From the NCBI GenBank assembly GCA_903854995.1, contig CAINXS010000052.1, forward strand, positions 1 to 55,427: 55,427 nt of DNA, written 5' to 3'. Shown here in pieces: positions 42,164-52,227 of the stretch. Made by a program: the position numbers and the translations under genes. Source of the DNA: Candidatus Moraniibacteriota bacterium. Its GTDB lineage: Bacteria; Patescibacteriota; Minisyncoccia; Moranbacterales; UBA1568. A model generated the notes under the pieces. It saw only the letters and a program-made list of their open reading frames with translations, was not told the origin of the DNA and made no database searches. Position 1 is the stretch's first letter, and every line of letters starts with the position of its first letter.

Positions 42164-42166
42164 CAT

Positions 42167-42715
42167 ATGAGACGACGAAGACACAACCGACCGAAGCCGA
42201 AACCGCAGGCAGTACAGCGGTTCCGCGCGAACGAGAAGATCCTCTCCCCCACCGTCTACCTCATCGGCAGCGACGGGAAGCCGCTCGGCGAGATGCCGAC
42301 GGAACAGGCGCTCGAGATCGCGCGCTCGGAAGACCTCGATCTTATCGAGGTATCGCCGCAGGCGAACCCGCCGGTCTGCAAGATTCTCGAATACGGGAAG
42401 TTTCAGTACCAGCAGACCAAGAAGGAGCAACAGGCGAAAAGCAACCAGAAGAAAGTCGACATCAAGGGCATCCGTATCGGACTCCGTGTCGACACCCACG
42501 ATCTTCTCTTCAAGAAAGACCAGGCCGAGAAGTTCCTCAAGAAGGGACAGAAGGTCCGGATCGAACTTCTCCTCCGTGGTCGTGAGAAGGCCATGCGAGA
42601 CCGGGCCAGGGAGGCCATGAAGGAATTCCTCACGCTCCTCGCGATCCCGTACAAGGTCGAAGAAGAGATGAAGAACATACAGAACGGCATCAGCATCCTG
42701 ATCGTTCCGGAATAA
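42167..42715 (+). CDS. infC: Translation initiation factor IF-3
   Basis: DLIEVSPQANPPVCKILEYGKFQY...RGRE. Confidence 0.97.
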   Translation: MRRRRHNRPKPKPQAVQRFRANEKILSPTVYLIGSDGKPLGEMPTEQALEIARSEDLDLIEVSPQANPPVCKILEYGKFQYQQTKKEQQAKSNQKKVDIKGIRIGLRVDTHDLLFKKDQAEKFLKKGQKVRIELLLRGREKAMRDRAREAMKEFLTLLAIPYKVEEEMKNIQNGISILIVPE

Positions 42716-42746
42716 ACGACTAAGACACCCGATTAAGCCCATCGAT

Positions 42747-42944
42747 ATGAAGCAGAAGACGAAGAAGTCGGTCAGCAAGAAGATCAAAGTCACCGGAAGC
42801 GGCAAGCTCATGCGCCGTTCGTCCGGACAGAACCACTACAATTCCCGCGATACGGGGGCGCAGACCCGCGCGAAACGGATCGACAAGGGATTCGTGGTCG
42901 CGAAGGAGGAGCAGAACGTGAAGAACGCCCTCCCCTACGCGTAG
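42747..42944 (+). CDS. rpmI: 50S ribosomal protein L35
   Basis: [19 protein letters not shown]; lies between infC and rplT. Confidence 0.93.
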   Translation: MKQKTKKSVSKKIKVTGSGKLMRRSSGQNHYNSRDTGAQTRAKRIDKGFVVAKEEQNVKNALPYA

Positions 42945-42959
42945 AACGGAAAACCAACC

Positions 42960-42988
42960 TTGACTTTCAAAGGGATTTTCCGTACCAT
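42960..42988 (+). promoter_or_regulatory. Sigma70-like promoter upstream of rplT
   Basis: TTGACT, 17-nt spacer, TACCAT. Confidence 0.5.
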
Positions 42989-43021
42989 TGTCGAATATTC
43001 ATCCGTAAACCAGGAAACGTT

Positions 43022-43372
43022 ATGACCCGTGTGAAGCGCGGCGTGGCCGCAAGCAAACGACGCAACAACCTTCTCGAGGCGGCAAAGGGATACCGCTGGG
43101 GCCGCAGCCGACAGTATGCCGCCGCCAAACAGGCCGTCATGAAAGCCGGTTCCTACGCCTATCGTGACCGACGGAACAAGAAGCGCACCTTCCGTTCCCT
43201 CTGGATCATCAGACTCGGCAACGCGCTTCGCGGATTCGATACGAGCTACAGCCGCTTCATCGGAGTCCTGAAGACCAAGCAAGTTGAGCTCGACCGCAAG
43301 GTTCTCTCCCAGCTCGCGGTCCGCGACAACGACGCCTTCAAGGCACTCGTCGAAAAGATCAAGGGTATCTAG
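43022..43372 (+). CDS. rplT: 50S ribosomal protein L20
   Basis: MTRVKRG...AKGY...[18 protein letters not shown]. Confidence 0.98.
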   Translation: MTRVKRGVAASKRRNNLLEAAKGYRWGRSRQYAAAKQAVMKAGSYAYRDRRNKKRTFRSLWIIRLGNALRGFDTSYSRFIGVLKTKQVELDRKVLSQLAVRDNDAFKALVEKIKGI

Positions 43373-43387
43373 TCGGATCTTCCACCG

Positions 43388-43419
43388 AAAAAACTCCCGA
43401 GTCATCGGGAGTTTTTTTA
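43388..43419. terminator. Bidirectional intrinsic terminator
   Basis: AAAAAACTCCCGA-gtca-TCGGGAGTTTTTT between convergent genes. Confidence 0.85.
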
Positions 43420-43442
43420 TGAGACACGACTGCGGAACGTTT

Positions 43443-43895
43443 TCAGACGTTCGAAGTGTTTGCTGTTCCGGATTTTTTCGGCGGCGACGGGAATGACGCT
43501 CGTTTTTTCCTCCCGGCCAGTGCATGAGCGACGACCATCCCTATCACGATGCCAATCAGGTCGATGCCGACATCGGTCAGCTTCCCCTCGCGACCGGGAA
43601 CGAACAACTGGTGTGTCTCATCGGAAAACGCGTAAAGTAGGGAAAGGGCGATGGCAAGCGATACGCGGAATCCGAACCGTTCCTTCGGATAGGCAAGCCG
43701 GAACGCATTGAACGTCAGCAACGACAAGACGAGATATTCGAAGACGTGCGCCCCCTTCCGCTCAAGCAGGAAACGGAGCGTCATCCCCGAACCCGAGTTC
43801 GCCCCAGGCATAGAGGAAAAAAAGAAAATGACCGCCATCCAGACGATGAGCGCGGAAAAGGCGCGTGAGCGCGAATTAAGCAGTATCATATTCAT
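43443..43895 (-). CDS. VanZ-family membrane protein
   Basis: RKGAHVFEY...YAFSDETHQLFVPGR...DVGID. Confidence 0.92.
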   Translation of the reverse strand: MNMILLNSRSRAFSALIVWMAVIFFFSSMPGANSGSGMTLRFLLERKGAHVFEYLVLSLLTFNAFRLAYPKERFGFRVSLAIALSLLYAFSDETHQLFVPGREGKLTDVGIDLIGIVIGMVVAHALAGRKKRASFPSPPKKSGTANTSNV

Positions 43896-44020
43896 TTTGC
43901 GGAACGCTGCCGGAAGCGCTCCTGAACCTGCTTGAAGAGAATCGGGAGGACGTAAAACGGCAACCAAATCCACAGTGTCATGCGGAGAAACTCATCGAGG
44001 ATGTCGTTGAATGTCTTCAT
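43892..44020 (-). CDS. Small (42 aa) protein coupled to the VanZ gene
   Basis: Read manually: MKTFNDILDEFLRMTLWIWLPFYVLPILFKQVQERFRQRSAK; ATGA stop/start overlap. Confidence 0.55.
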   Translation of the reverse strand: MKTFNDILDEFLRMTLWIWLPFYVLPILFKQVQERFRQRSAK

Positions 44021-44053
44021 ACGTATACGTTAGAATCGACCGATTCTCCCCTT

Positions 44054-44794
44054 TCAGTCCATCAAGTCATCAGGGCTTCCGCTGCCGCCTGTTGCCGCGC
44101 ATCGCGTCAGGTCGTAAACGACGTCCTTCTTCTCCACTATGATACGCCATCCGGCCTTCTCCGCGGCTTCCTTCAGGTTCTTGTTCGGATTGAATGCGAT
44201 CGGATGTTCCACGATCCGGAAGATGCCGATGTCCGATTCCGTATCCCCGATTCCGTACGAATCGGCCAGGTCGATTCCGTTCTCCTCCGCATACCGACTC
44301 ACGACCGCGCCTTTCGCCTTCGTCGGCTCAAAGGTCGCCCGCCCGGTATACAGTCCGTTCTCATCCTTCTCGTATACGCTTCCGAACACCTTGTCGAATC
44401 CCAGATACTCGTCATTGTACTCCTCGACGACCTCTATCGGGGAACCGGAAACCGCGATCATATGTCTCCCTTCTGCCCGGAACTTCCTGATGAGCGCTTC
44501 CGAGAACAGATAGGTTCGCTTCATGTGAAACGGGATGACGATTTTGCTCGCCTCGCGGACTTTCTCTTCCGAAACTCCGCGGATATGCTCGGCATACAGA
44601 GCGACGAGCGCACTGCGATAATCCTCGTACGTCCCCTCGTGTTCCAACCAGTTGGAATAGACCTCCGTCAGCCGTCTCCGTACCGACGTCGGGAATGTCC
44701 CCAGCCAGGAAAGTTCGTTGATCAGCTCGAAATGCAGGTTCTTGCGAAATATAGTCCCGTCGATGTCGAATACGGCCAGTTTTTTCTTGTCCAT
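44054..44794 (-). CDS. HAD-IB family hydrolase
   Basis: FDIDGT, VSGS and GDTESD motifs. Confidence 0.92.
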   Translation of the reverse strand: MDKKKLAVFDIDGTIFRKNLHFELINELSWLGTFPTSVRRRLTEVYSNWLEHEGTYEDYRSALVALYAEHIRGVSEEKVREASKIVIPFHMKRTYLFSEALIRKFRAEGRHMIAVSGSPIEVVEEYNDEYLGFDKVFGSVYEKDENGLYTGRATFEPTKAKGAVVSRYAEENGIDLADSYGIGDTESDIGIFRIVEHPIAFNPNKNLKEAAEKAGWRIIVEKKDVVYDLTRCAATGGSGSPDDLMD

Positions 44795-44804
44795 GTGACG
44801 TCCG

Positions 44805-45311
44805 TTACGTGGTTCCTCTCCCCTCCATTGTACTCATGAGCGAAAAAAGGGCAATTCCCGTCGCTACCGAGACGTTCAATGATCGTTTGACACCCCGCAT
44901 CGGCAGACTGATGACGGCGTCGCATGACCGGAGTATGTCCGGATCGACACCCTCGGTCTCGTTTCCCACGAAAATGGCCGCACGTTCCGCCGGAACGAAC
45001 GAACGGTAGTCGATACTCGATTCTCCCGTCTCGAGCGCGACGATGGATATCCCTTCACTCCGAAGCCGTCCGACCAGCTCATGAATGTCGGATACCCGTT
45101 CCCAGGGAACGGCGTGTTCCGCGCCGAGAGCCGTTTTCGCCAAGGACTTCTCCGCATCCGTCATCCACCGCTTCCCTTCTTCCGCGGGAACCTGCGTATA
45201 TCCTGAAACGAAGATTCGCCCTACTCCCGCCCCGTCAGCCGTACGGAACATCGCGCCCACGTTATGAGCGCTCCTGATATCGTGAAGGATGAGGAAGAGT
45301 TCGTGAGACAT
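44805..45311 (-). CDS. SpoU/TrmH-family RNA methyltransferase
   Basis: IRSAHNVGAMFRT, GNETEG and PMRG..SLNVSVA motifs. Confidence 0.95.
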   Translation of the reverse strand: MSHELFLILHDIRSAHNVGAMFRTADGAGVGRIFVSGYTQVPAEEGKRWMTDAEKSLAKTALGAEHAVPWERVSDIHELVGRLRSEGISIVALETGESSIDYRSFVPAERAAIFVGNETEGVDPDILRSCDAVISLPMRGVKRSLNVSVATGIALFSLMSTMEGRGTT

Positions 45312-45314
45312 AAA

Positions 45315-45563
45315 GTCAGATAACAGGCATCAGTTAACAGATAACTAATGACAGATAACGAATGTCAATACACAGAGATCGACGGATGAAGAAGATTTTG
45401 CAGTCTAACCCTGTCGAGCGCTGTACGGACCTTGCCCCACGTCCAATGTTCCATGTCCAATGCTCTATGCTCTATCTTAACCTGTTATCTGTTTCATGTT
45501 CTCCGTTCCCTGTTCACTATTTCCCTGTTCAATGATCAATGTTAACTGTTCTCTGTTAACTGC
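45315..45563. repeat. Inverted heptamer arms (CAGATAA / TTATCTG-TGTTC type)
   Basis: cagataacag...aacagataactaatgacagataac (45317-45362) versus ctgttatctgtttcatgttctccgttccctgttc...gttaactgttctctgttaactg (45482-45563). Confidence 0.8.
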
Positions 45564-46578
45564 CTTGGAACAGCTCCTTCGCGGCATTCCAGACTGCCGG
45601 TTCCCCCTTCGTCACCTTGAGCCAATACCACCACTCCACGCCCCACAGGTACGACTCGGAAAATCCTACGCGTTTCGAATAATCGACATATTCGCGAAGC
45701 AGATCGGGATTCATGGTCTCGTACTGCTCCGCGACCGATGCGTCCGCGACCCAGCCCTTCGCCCACGGCTCCGCCTGCAGTTCCGCGACGATGAATCGGC
45801 TGCGACCCATGAACAACCGCAGCATCTCCGACTTGAAACGATAGTAATTCGGCCCGATAGGATACGTGACATACCCATACGCGGGATTGTTCACTTTTCT
45901 GTACATGGTCGTCCCGAGAATATCGCCACGGGAAGCGGCGGCCGTCCATGCGGAGAATTCACCGCTATCGGTGACGAGTATGGGACGGGATGGATCAAGC
46001 GACCGTACGTACGCGATTTCGGCATCGAAAAATTCGCGGGAAAAAGCCGGGCATTCACCGAAAAATTCGACGAACGGTTCATTTTCGACCTGCCAGACCG
46101 AAACCTCCGGACGCTCGCGATACCGCGATACCGCGGCTCCGATGAAGTCCGTCAGGCGCGCCTGTCGATACGCGTCGTTCCCTTCGTCCTTCACCCAATC
46201 CGGAATATGGCATTCGGGCCATCTCGGCTCACGCTGGCCGACGACCAAGATCACGTCCGCCCCCCGACTCGCCGCCTCGTCGAGCATCCAATCGGTATCG
46301 GAAAAGTCATACACCCCCTTCTCACGCTCCACAAGATCCCAATACACCGGGATGCGAAGTTTCCGGACGCCGAGATCGTCAAGGGTGACAAGGTACGCCT
46401 CCCGCCAATCGAGTCCGAGGTCACGGGCATACGATACCGAAAACGTGACCCCGAGCGCGACGTCCTCCCGTGGGACCGGGCCGGGAAGATTGAAGTACGT
46501 GAAAAAGCCGCCCGCGATCAGAAGCGTGATTCCTACCGCAAGTCCGATGATTTTGAGCACGAACAGTTTCCGTTTCAT
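45556..46578 (-). CDS. Membrane-anchored clan GH-A glycoside hydrolase-like protein
   Basis: RIPVYWDLVE...GVYDF, WQVENEP and AELQAEPW motifs. Confidence 0.8.
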   Translation of the reverse strand: MKRKLFVLKIIGLAVGITLLIAGGFFTYFNLPGPVPREDVALGVTFSVSYARDLGLDWREAYLVTLDDLGVRKLRIPVYWDLVEREKGVYDFSDTDWMLDEAASRGADVILVVGQREPRWPECHIPDWVKDEGNDAYRQARLTDFIGAAVSRYRERPEVSVWQVENEPFVEFFGECPAFSREFFDAEIAYVRSLDPSRPILVTDSGEFSAWTAAASRGDILGTTMYRKVNNPAYGYVTYPIGPNYYRFKSEMLRLFMGRSRFIVAELQAEPWAKGWVADASVAEQYETMNPDLLREYVDYSKRVGFSESYLWGVEWWYWLKVTKGEPAVWNAAKELFQGS

Positions 46579-46594
46579 TCCGTTTCCCGGTTAT

Positions 46595-47539
46595 TCACAA
46601 GATGGACTCGAGACCGGTTCCGACCGACGCGAGCCATATACCGAGCGCCAAGAGTACGATCGCGATCACCTTCCGCACCGTCTCCCGATGACTGATATGC
46701 TCACGGAACACGTGCGGGTATCGGATGGAAAGAATCGTCGCGAATATGAACACGAGCCCGTACTGGACCCCGTTCATTCCCTGCACGAACGTCGCGGAAC
46801 CGAGCGACACCGCATACGACACCAGGATCGTCCCGATTCCCCCGAATACCTGCGTGAGCAGGAAATAACCGACCGTCATCAGGTTCCGTTTCTTTTTCGG
46901 CGTAGCAAACCGGTCATGGCTCGAAAGGATCGCTTCACGGAAAGACGGTACCGCGAACAAAGAAATTCCGGCCAGGAATATTCCGACTTTCGACCAGACG
47001 AAACCGGTCACGAAATTCGACGAGAGGTACGCCGCCTTCAGCAAGACCAACGCGAGGGCGGTAAGCGCGCCGGAAAGCAGTATGGAGCGAACGAAGCCCG
47101 GACCGCTGACCCCTTTTCCGCCGGTCGCGAGGATGATGGCGCCGCCGACCAAGAGTCCGAGGGCGAGCAGGCTTGAAAACGAAACGCTCCCGCCGGAAAG
47201 AAAAAGAGAAAATAAAAAAACGACAAAAAGAAATCCGACCGATGTCACCCCTATGAGCGGTACCGCGCGCGAGACCTCGCTGCGTTTGATCGCCATGTAT
47301 GACGTAAGCAATCCGTATAGGAAGACGAATCCGGACGCGATTCCGAGTGCGATCGCGGCAGGAACGAAGAGCACGAATCCGAACGGGATAAGCGCTATGA
47401 ATGGCAGATTCATCAAAGACATGAAAAACGCGTACAGGGCCGGGGCTCCGATACGTTTTTCAGAAAGCAAAAACTTGTCGAAAACCGACGCGATAGCGTT
47501 CAATCCGTATCCCGCCAATGCCACCGAAATCCAATTCAT
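46595..47539 (-). CDS. DMT/EamA-like transporter
   Basis: About 10 TM helices with an internal duplication. Confidence 0.8.
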   Translation of the reverse strand: MNWISVALAGYGLNAIASVFDKFLLSEKRIGAPALYAFFMSLMNLPFIALIPFGFVLFVPAAIALGIASGFVFLYGLLTSYMAIKRSEVSRAVPLIGVTSVGFLFVVFLFSLFLSGGSVSFSSLLALGLLVGGAIILATGGKGVSGPGFVRSILLSGALTALALVLLKAAYLSSNFVTGFVWSKVGIFLAGISLFAVPSFREAILSSHDRFATPKKKRNLMTVGYFLLTQVFGGIGTILVSYAVSLGSATFVQGMNGVQYGLVFIFATILSIRYPHVFREHISHRETVRKVIAIVLLALGIWLASVGTGLESIL

Positions 47540-47587
47540 AGAACAGCTTCTTTTCCTCCAGTATACCGCGCCCGACCGATTAACGAA

Positions 47588-47612
47588 ACCGCCCCGTACG
47601 GTACGGGGCGGA
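47588..47612 (-). terminator. GC-rich hairpin, possible terminator
   Basis: CCGCCCCGTAC-G-GTACGGGGCGG just downstream of the 47629 stop. Confidence 0.5.
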
Positions 47613-47628
47613 TCGTGAAATCCGTCTC

Positions 47629-48417
47629 TCAAAGTTTCGCGATACGATCGTAGTAGACGCGGACACCGGAAATCCAACTCCGAACGCTCTCGGGACTGTG
47701 TCCCGCGCACGTGTTCCCACATTTCCACACGATCAATTTCTCCGGACTGCTTGCCTGTCGTTTGGCGACAAGTTCCGCGATTCGATCCCCGACGATCTGC
47801 GCAGCTTCTTCGGGAGACCCGAAGCAGGCATAGCCCATCGCCGTTCCGCGTGCGCCGGATCCCTTGTAGCCCCAATAATTGAAACAGTCTCCCGCACCGT
47901 TGCTCGGTACGTGTCTGCCCCAATCGGATTCTTTCTTCGCGATTCCGACGATAAGACCCGCGATCTCGCGGTCATACGTCGCTATCGTCGGCACCATCGT
48001 CTCGATGGGGTATCCACTCACGAGTCCGGTGATTTCCGACTCAAGCTCGCTTGTCGTCTCACTTCGGAAGAACCGTTCTTCCGAAACGACATCCTTGCAC
48101 AAGTCGAGCTCGCTGGACATGGCCACATCGTCCGGTACACCCGCCCCGAACGATTCCCAGAGCTCCCGCTCCAGATAGAGGACACAGAGCCCCTTACCCG
48201 CCTCAGCATCACTCGCGTTCGAGATCAGGCTCGGAACCGTTTCCGAGGGACCCGATTCGCGAGGCGAGAGCGCATACACCGACATCGACGAGAAGAGGCA
48301 TATTCCGGAAACGAAAAGCGCCTGCTTCAGGCGTCGTCCCGAAAATGTACCGACTCGTCCCGAACGTAAATCATCTTCTTCCCCTCCCGGAATACCGTCT
48401 CCGGTTATCCGTAACAT
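47629..48417 (-). CDS. Secreted protein, possible lysozyme-like fold (paralog 1)
   Basis: GIAKKESDWG...CFNYWGY...LIVWKCG..CAGH shared with the neighbouring gene. Confidence 0.7.
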   Translation of the reverse strand: MLRITGDGIPGGEEDDLRSGRVGTFSGRRLKQALFVSGICLFSSMSVYALSPRESGPSETVPSLISNASDAEAGKGLCVLYLERELWESFGAGVPDDVAMSSELDLCKDVVSEERFFRSETTSELESEITGLVSGYPIETMVPTIATYDREIAGLIVGIAKKESDWGRHVPSNGAGDCFNYWGYKGSGARGTAMGYACFGSPEEAAQIVGDRIAELVAKRQASSPEKLIVWKCGNTCAGHSPESVRSWISGVRVYYDRIAKL

Positions 48418-48606
48418 AGGTTACCCTTACAAGGTTAACCCTCCATTTTTGCGATTTCCCCTCCGGAACGCATTTGAGATTGTAGCAAGATTTTGGTGAA
48501 TGGTCAAAAAGATTTTAAACTAATTTGCTTATACAAGCTATTTTTTGAAAGCTTTACAACAAAAAACCGGGGCTCATGCCCCGGCCGTTCCCGAATCTTT
48601 TTCCTA

Positions 48607-49746
48607 CTATCCGTTCGTCTCCTCCGGAACATTCAGTTTCTCGTAGTACATGTCGACGTCGGAAATCCATTTCTTTACGCTATATGGGTCGTGGCCCGCA
48701 CAGGTGGAACCGCACTTCCAGACGATAAGATCCTCCGGCGTGCTCAGGTTCTTCTCATAAATAAGCGTATGAAGCCGTTTCGCGACGGTCTCCACCGCGT
48801 CCTTGCGACTATTGAAACAGGTGTGCCCGCCCGTACCCATCATCAGTCGGATGCCGCGATACCCCCAGTAGTTAAAACAATCCTGCCCCTCAAGCACTGG
48901 CGCACGCACTCCCCATGCCGACTCTTTCTTCGCGATCGCGACGAGATATATCGCCACGGTACGATCCTGCTCGACGATATACGGAACCATGTCCTCGATC
49001 GGATAGCCCTTCACCATCTCCCTGACACGGTTCTCAAAATCCTTCTCCGCGGGATCTTCTACCGACAATTCGGAAAGCAACTTTGCCATGTCCGCATCAG
49101 CCTCGGTATTCGCACCCAACACCCTCGCGTCGATCGGCTGCTCGACCTGGACATACTGCACCTGGTCATCGGCTTTCGCTCCGGATCCGAACGAATGCTC
49201 GAGGAACAAGGCGGACACCATGCCGAGCGCCATCGCGCCGACGAGCGGCACATATGCCGTCCGTCCCGAAGTTATGCCGAGACGGAAGCCGGAAATGCCC
49301 GCAGACAGGTCCTCTCCGAATGAGCGCATCTTTTCCTCGAAATCCTGTACGGAACCGAGATCGGGAATCGGAAGCGATATCGCGAACGGGCGGCGTCGCA
49401 TCGGCGTGACGCCCGAAAATCCCGCCGGTCGAAGACCGTCGACCGTGCGAATCGGATTCAGATGAAGCGGCTTCTGACCGAGCGTATCCACCGCATATCG
49501 CGAATACAGGATCGAATCATCAGCAAAAGAAACGACCGAAACGCGACGGCCCCGAGATATGACTTCGGAACGGATTGGTCCGATGGCGCGTTTCGGAACT
49601 GAAATACCGACACACGACCCGGCATTCGCCGAGGAGGAAATACCGTCAATAAAGGGGGTTTTTTTCGTTTTCAGGGGGAAGACCCTCGAACTCATACACT
49701 GTTGATAGTATTTGTTTCCCTCCGACCGGAATCGGTTTCCTGGCAC
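48607..49746 (-). CDS. Membrane-anchored protein, possible lysozyme-like fold (paralog 2; start uncertain)
   Basis: AIAKKESAWG...CFNYWGY...LIVWKCGSTCAGH. Confidence 0.7.
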   Translation of the reverse strand: MPGNRFRSEGNKYYQQCMSSRVFPLKTKKTPFIDGISSSANAGSCVGISVPKRAIGPIRSEVISRGRRVSVVSFADDSILYSRYAVDTLGQKPLHLNPIRTVDGLRPAGFSGVTPMRRRPFAISLPIPDLGSVQDFEEKMRSFGEDLSAGISGFRLGITSGRTAYVPLVGAMALGMVSALFLEHSFGSGAKADDQVQYVQVEQPIDARVLGANTEADADMAKLLSELSVEDPAEKDFENRVREMVKGYPIEDMVPYIVEQDRTVAIYLVAIAKKESAWGVRAPVLEGQDCFNYWGYRGIRLMMGTGGHTCFNSRKDAVETVAKRLHTLIYEKNLSTPEDLIVWKCGSTCAGHDPYSVKKWISDVDMYYEKLNVPEETNG

Positions 49747-49754
49747 TTATCGGC

Positions 49755-50141
49755 CTAGATACCGGCCTTCTCGCGGAAATATTTCTCGACATCCGGCGTA
49801 CCGACGTAACACTTCCCTTCCGCGAACAGGAATGGCACACCGACCTCTTTTTCCGGAATCCCGCAGATCTTTGCACGGTTTTTCAATTCGTTCGCGTTCG
49901 CCACATTATGCCACGTCTCTTTTTTCACAAACGGCACTTTCTCCCCCATTTTGTTATCGTCAAGGAATTTCTCTACGTCCTTGCAATGCGGGCATTCTTC
50001 GCCGTAATAGAAAACGATGTCCGAAGAAGATTCTCCGAATGACTGTCCCGTCGGATTCTGTGCCGTATTCCTGAAGAAGAATCCACCGACGAATACTGCC
50101 ACGACCACTACCGCGACTATGATGATGCCTTTCTTGTCCAT
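49755..50141 (-). CDS. Membrane-anchored glutaredoxin/thioredoxin-like protein
   Basis: CPHC motif and cis-Pro GVPF. Confidence 0.85.
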   Translation of the reverse strand: MDKKGIIIVAVVVVAVFVGGFFFRNTAQNPTGQSFGESSSDIVFYYGEECPHCKDVEKFLDDNKMGEKVPFVKKETWHNVANANELKNRAKICGIPEKEVGVPFLFAEGKCYVGTPDVEKYFREKAGI

Positions 50142-50243
50142 TCCACGGGTCGTTAATCGGAAACTTGCCGTTTCATAATAGCACTTTTTTACGGATAAAA
50201 AAAGCACGGGACTTTTCCGTGCCGTCAACATGGGGTTTTCCAT

Positions 50244-51086
50244 TCATCCGATTTCACGCACCCCTCGGTTCCGCTTCAGAAGCAGAATATGTGAAACGAA
50301 AGCCGACACGAGCAGAATCAGGGAGAGCGCCTGCCCGAAAGTCATCCAGCCGAAAAATCGGGCAGATCCCGGGTCCGGTTCGCGGAAAAACTCGGAAAGA
50401 AATCTCGCTACCGCGTATCCTGAAAGAAACACGACCGAAAGGGTGCCTTCCTGCAGGCGGCGCTTTTGAAGCGCGTTCAGCACGACAAACAGTACCACTC
50501 CCTCCAAGAACGCCTCATAGAGTTGGGACGGGTGTCTGAGCGCCCACCCCGGGTCGGTCGCGCTCGGAAAATACACGCTCCAGGGTACCGTCGTAAGCCG
50601 TCCAGGCAGTTCCAGATTCAGGAAATTTCCTATTCTCCCGAAAAAGAGCGCCAGAGGCACGCTCGGGACGACAAAATCCGTAAATCGGAAGAAGGATATT
50701 TTTTTCCATCCAGTGAATATGATGCACGCGATTATCGATCCGATAAGCGCTCCGAAAAAACTCATTCCACGAATGCCGGAGAAATTTCCGGTTACCGGAT
50801 CGGTCTGCCAAATGAGGGAAATCGGGTTCGCGAACAATGTCGGTTCGTACATCAAAGCGAATCCGAGCCTCCCCCCAATCAATACCCCGAGAAATATGAA
50901 GATGGCGGCATCCCAAACGGTTTCCGCGTCCAACGGCGCCATCGCGCGCCTGGACCGAAGGAGGAGCGAGGCGGTAAGCGCCACATATCCCCCGATAAAA
51001 CAGACGGCATACCACCGGACCGGCAAAGACCCGACCGCAAACGCGATCGGGTCGATATGCTGTGGAAAGTGCTGCCAGAAGCCCAT
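50244..51086 (-). CDS. lgt: Prolipoprotein diacylglyceryl transferase
   Basis: GRIGNFLN, RHPSQLYEAFLEG and EFFREPD motifs. Confidence 0.96.
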   Translation of the reverse strand: MGFWQHFPQHIDPIAFAVGSLPVRWYAVCFIGGYVALTASLLLRSRRAMAPLDAETVWDAAIFIFLGVLIGGRLGFALMYEPTLFANPISLIWQTDPVTGNFSGIRGMSFFGALIGSIIACIIFTGWKKISFFRFTDFVVPSVPLALFFGRIGNFLNLELPGRLTTVPWSVYFPSATDPGWALRHPSQLYEAFLEGVVLFVVLNALQKRRLQEGTLSVVFLSGYAVARFLSEFFREPDPGSARFFGWMTFGQALSLILLVSAFVSHILLLKRNRGVREIG

Positions 51087-51097
51087 AGGGGAATATA

Positions 51098-52159
51098 TCA
51101 GTCAGGAGTGGAAGGGTCACCGTCGCCCTTACCTTCTGAACCGAATTCGTGCGCGTATATTTCAGCGAATACCAGGAAAAGCGAGACGATAATCGGGCCG
51201 ATAAGCAGGCCGGAGAACCCGAAGAGAGAGATACCTCCGAGTGTGGCGAAGAAGACGAGCATAGGATGCATCTCCGTATCGTGTCCGACCAGTTTCGGAC
51301 GGAGCAGGTTGTCAATCAGCGAGATAACGAGCGCTCCGAAGGAAAGAACGAAGATGCCTTGCCACAGATTTCCAGTCAAAAGCAGGAAGAGTCCCGTCGG
51401 AAACCAGACCAGACCCGCCCCGAGCATCGGAACGAGCGAGGCGACCGACATGACGATTCCCCAAATGACCGGCGAAGCCACTCCGGCGATGCCGAATGCT
51501 ATGCCGCCGAGAGTTCCCTGCACCAGCGCGACGACGAGCGATCCCTTGATCATTGCACGGCTGATAGACGCGAAGCGACGGAATATGATCCGGTCCTGCT
51601 CCTCATGAAACGGGGAAAACCGGGACCATTCCGCAAGAAGCCGCCTCCCGTCGATCAGAAAATAGAAAAGAGAGAAGAAGAGCGTGAAAAGCCAGATGAC
51701 CGTCCCCGTTACGCCTTCGTACGCCGCCCCGAGCACTCCGATTGCTCCCGAACGGACCTGAGACAGCGAATCGGTTGCGACGGAAGAAGTCGACTCACCG
51801 AGACTCCAGGCGGAACTGAGAAACGGCACACCTGACAGGAAACCGCCGATGCTCTTGGCAAGTTCGGCACTCTGTTCGGAATGCAAGAACGAGTTCGCCT
51901 CACTCACCGCGAAGCTGAGAACGAGAGATAGGGGTACAACGATGACGATTGCCGCGAACAGACACACCAGAAGGGCGCTCCAGCCCCTGCTCCCGAAAAG
52001 CACCCTCTGAAGTCTACGATGCACGCCGGACAAAAGGGAAGCGAGCACTCCGGCCACAACCACGGCAGTCAGAAAGGGCTGGAACAGAAGAAAAACCCCT
52101 ACACCGGAGATGATGAGGAGAAACAGGAAAAAATAGGAGTTCGCGGAGCTTGTATTCAT
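51098..52159 (-). CDS. AI-2E family transporter
   Basis: IDNLLRPKLVG...HPMLVFFATLGGISLFGFSGLLIGP. Confidence 0.93.
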   Translation of the reverse strand: MNTSSANSYFFLFLLIISGVGVFLLFQPFLTAVVVAGVLASLLSGVHRRLQRVLFGSRGWSALLVCLFAAIVIVVPLSLVLSFAVSEANSFLHSEQSAELAKSIGGFLSGVPFLSSAWSLGESTSSVATDSLSQVRSGAIGVLGAAYEGVTGTVIWLFTLFFSLFYFLIDGRRLLAEWSRFSPFHEEQDRIIFRRFASISRAMIKGSLVVALVQGTLGGIAFGIAGVASPVIWGIVMSVASLVPMLGAGLVWFPTGLFLLLTGNLWQGIFVLSFGALVISLIDNLLRPKLVGHDTEMHPMLVFFATLGGISLFGFSGLLIGPIIVSLFLVFAEIYAHEFGSEGKGDGDPSTPD

Positions 52160-52227
52160 GCGATTTTTAACCTTTTATGAAGCCATTATATCAGAAAAAC
52201 AGTACAAACGCAAGGAATCGGAAGAGC

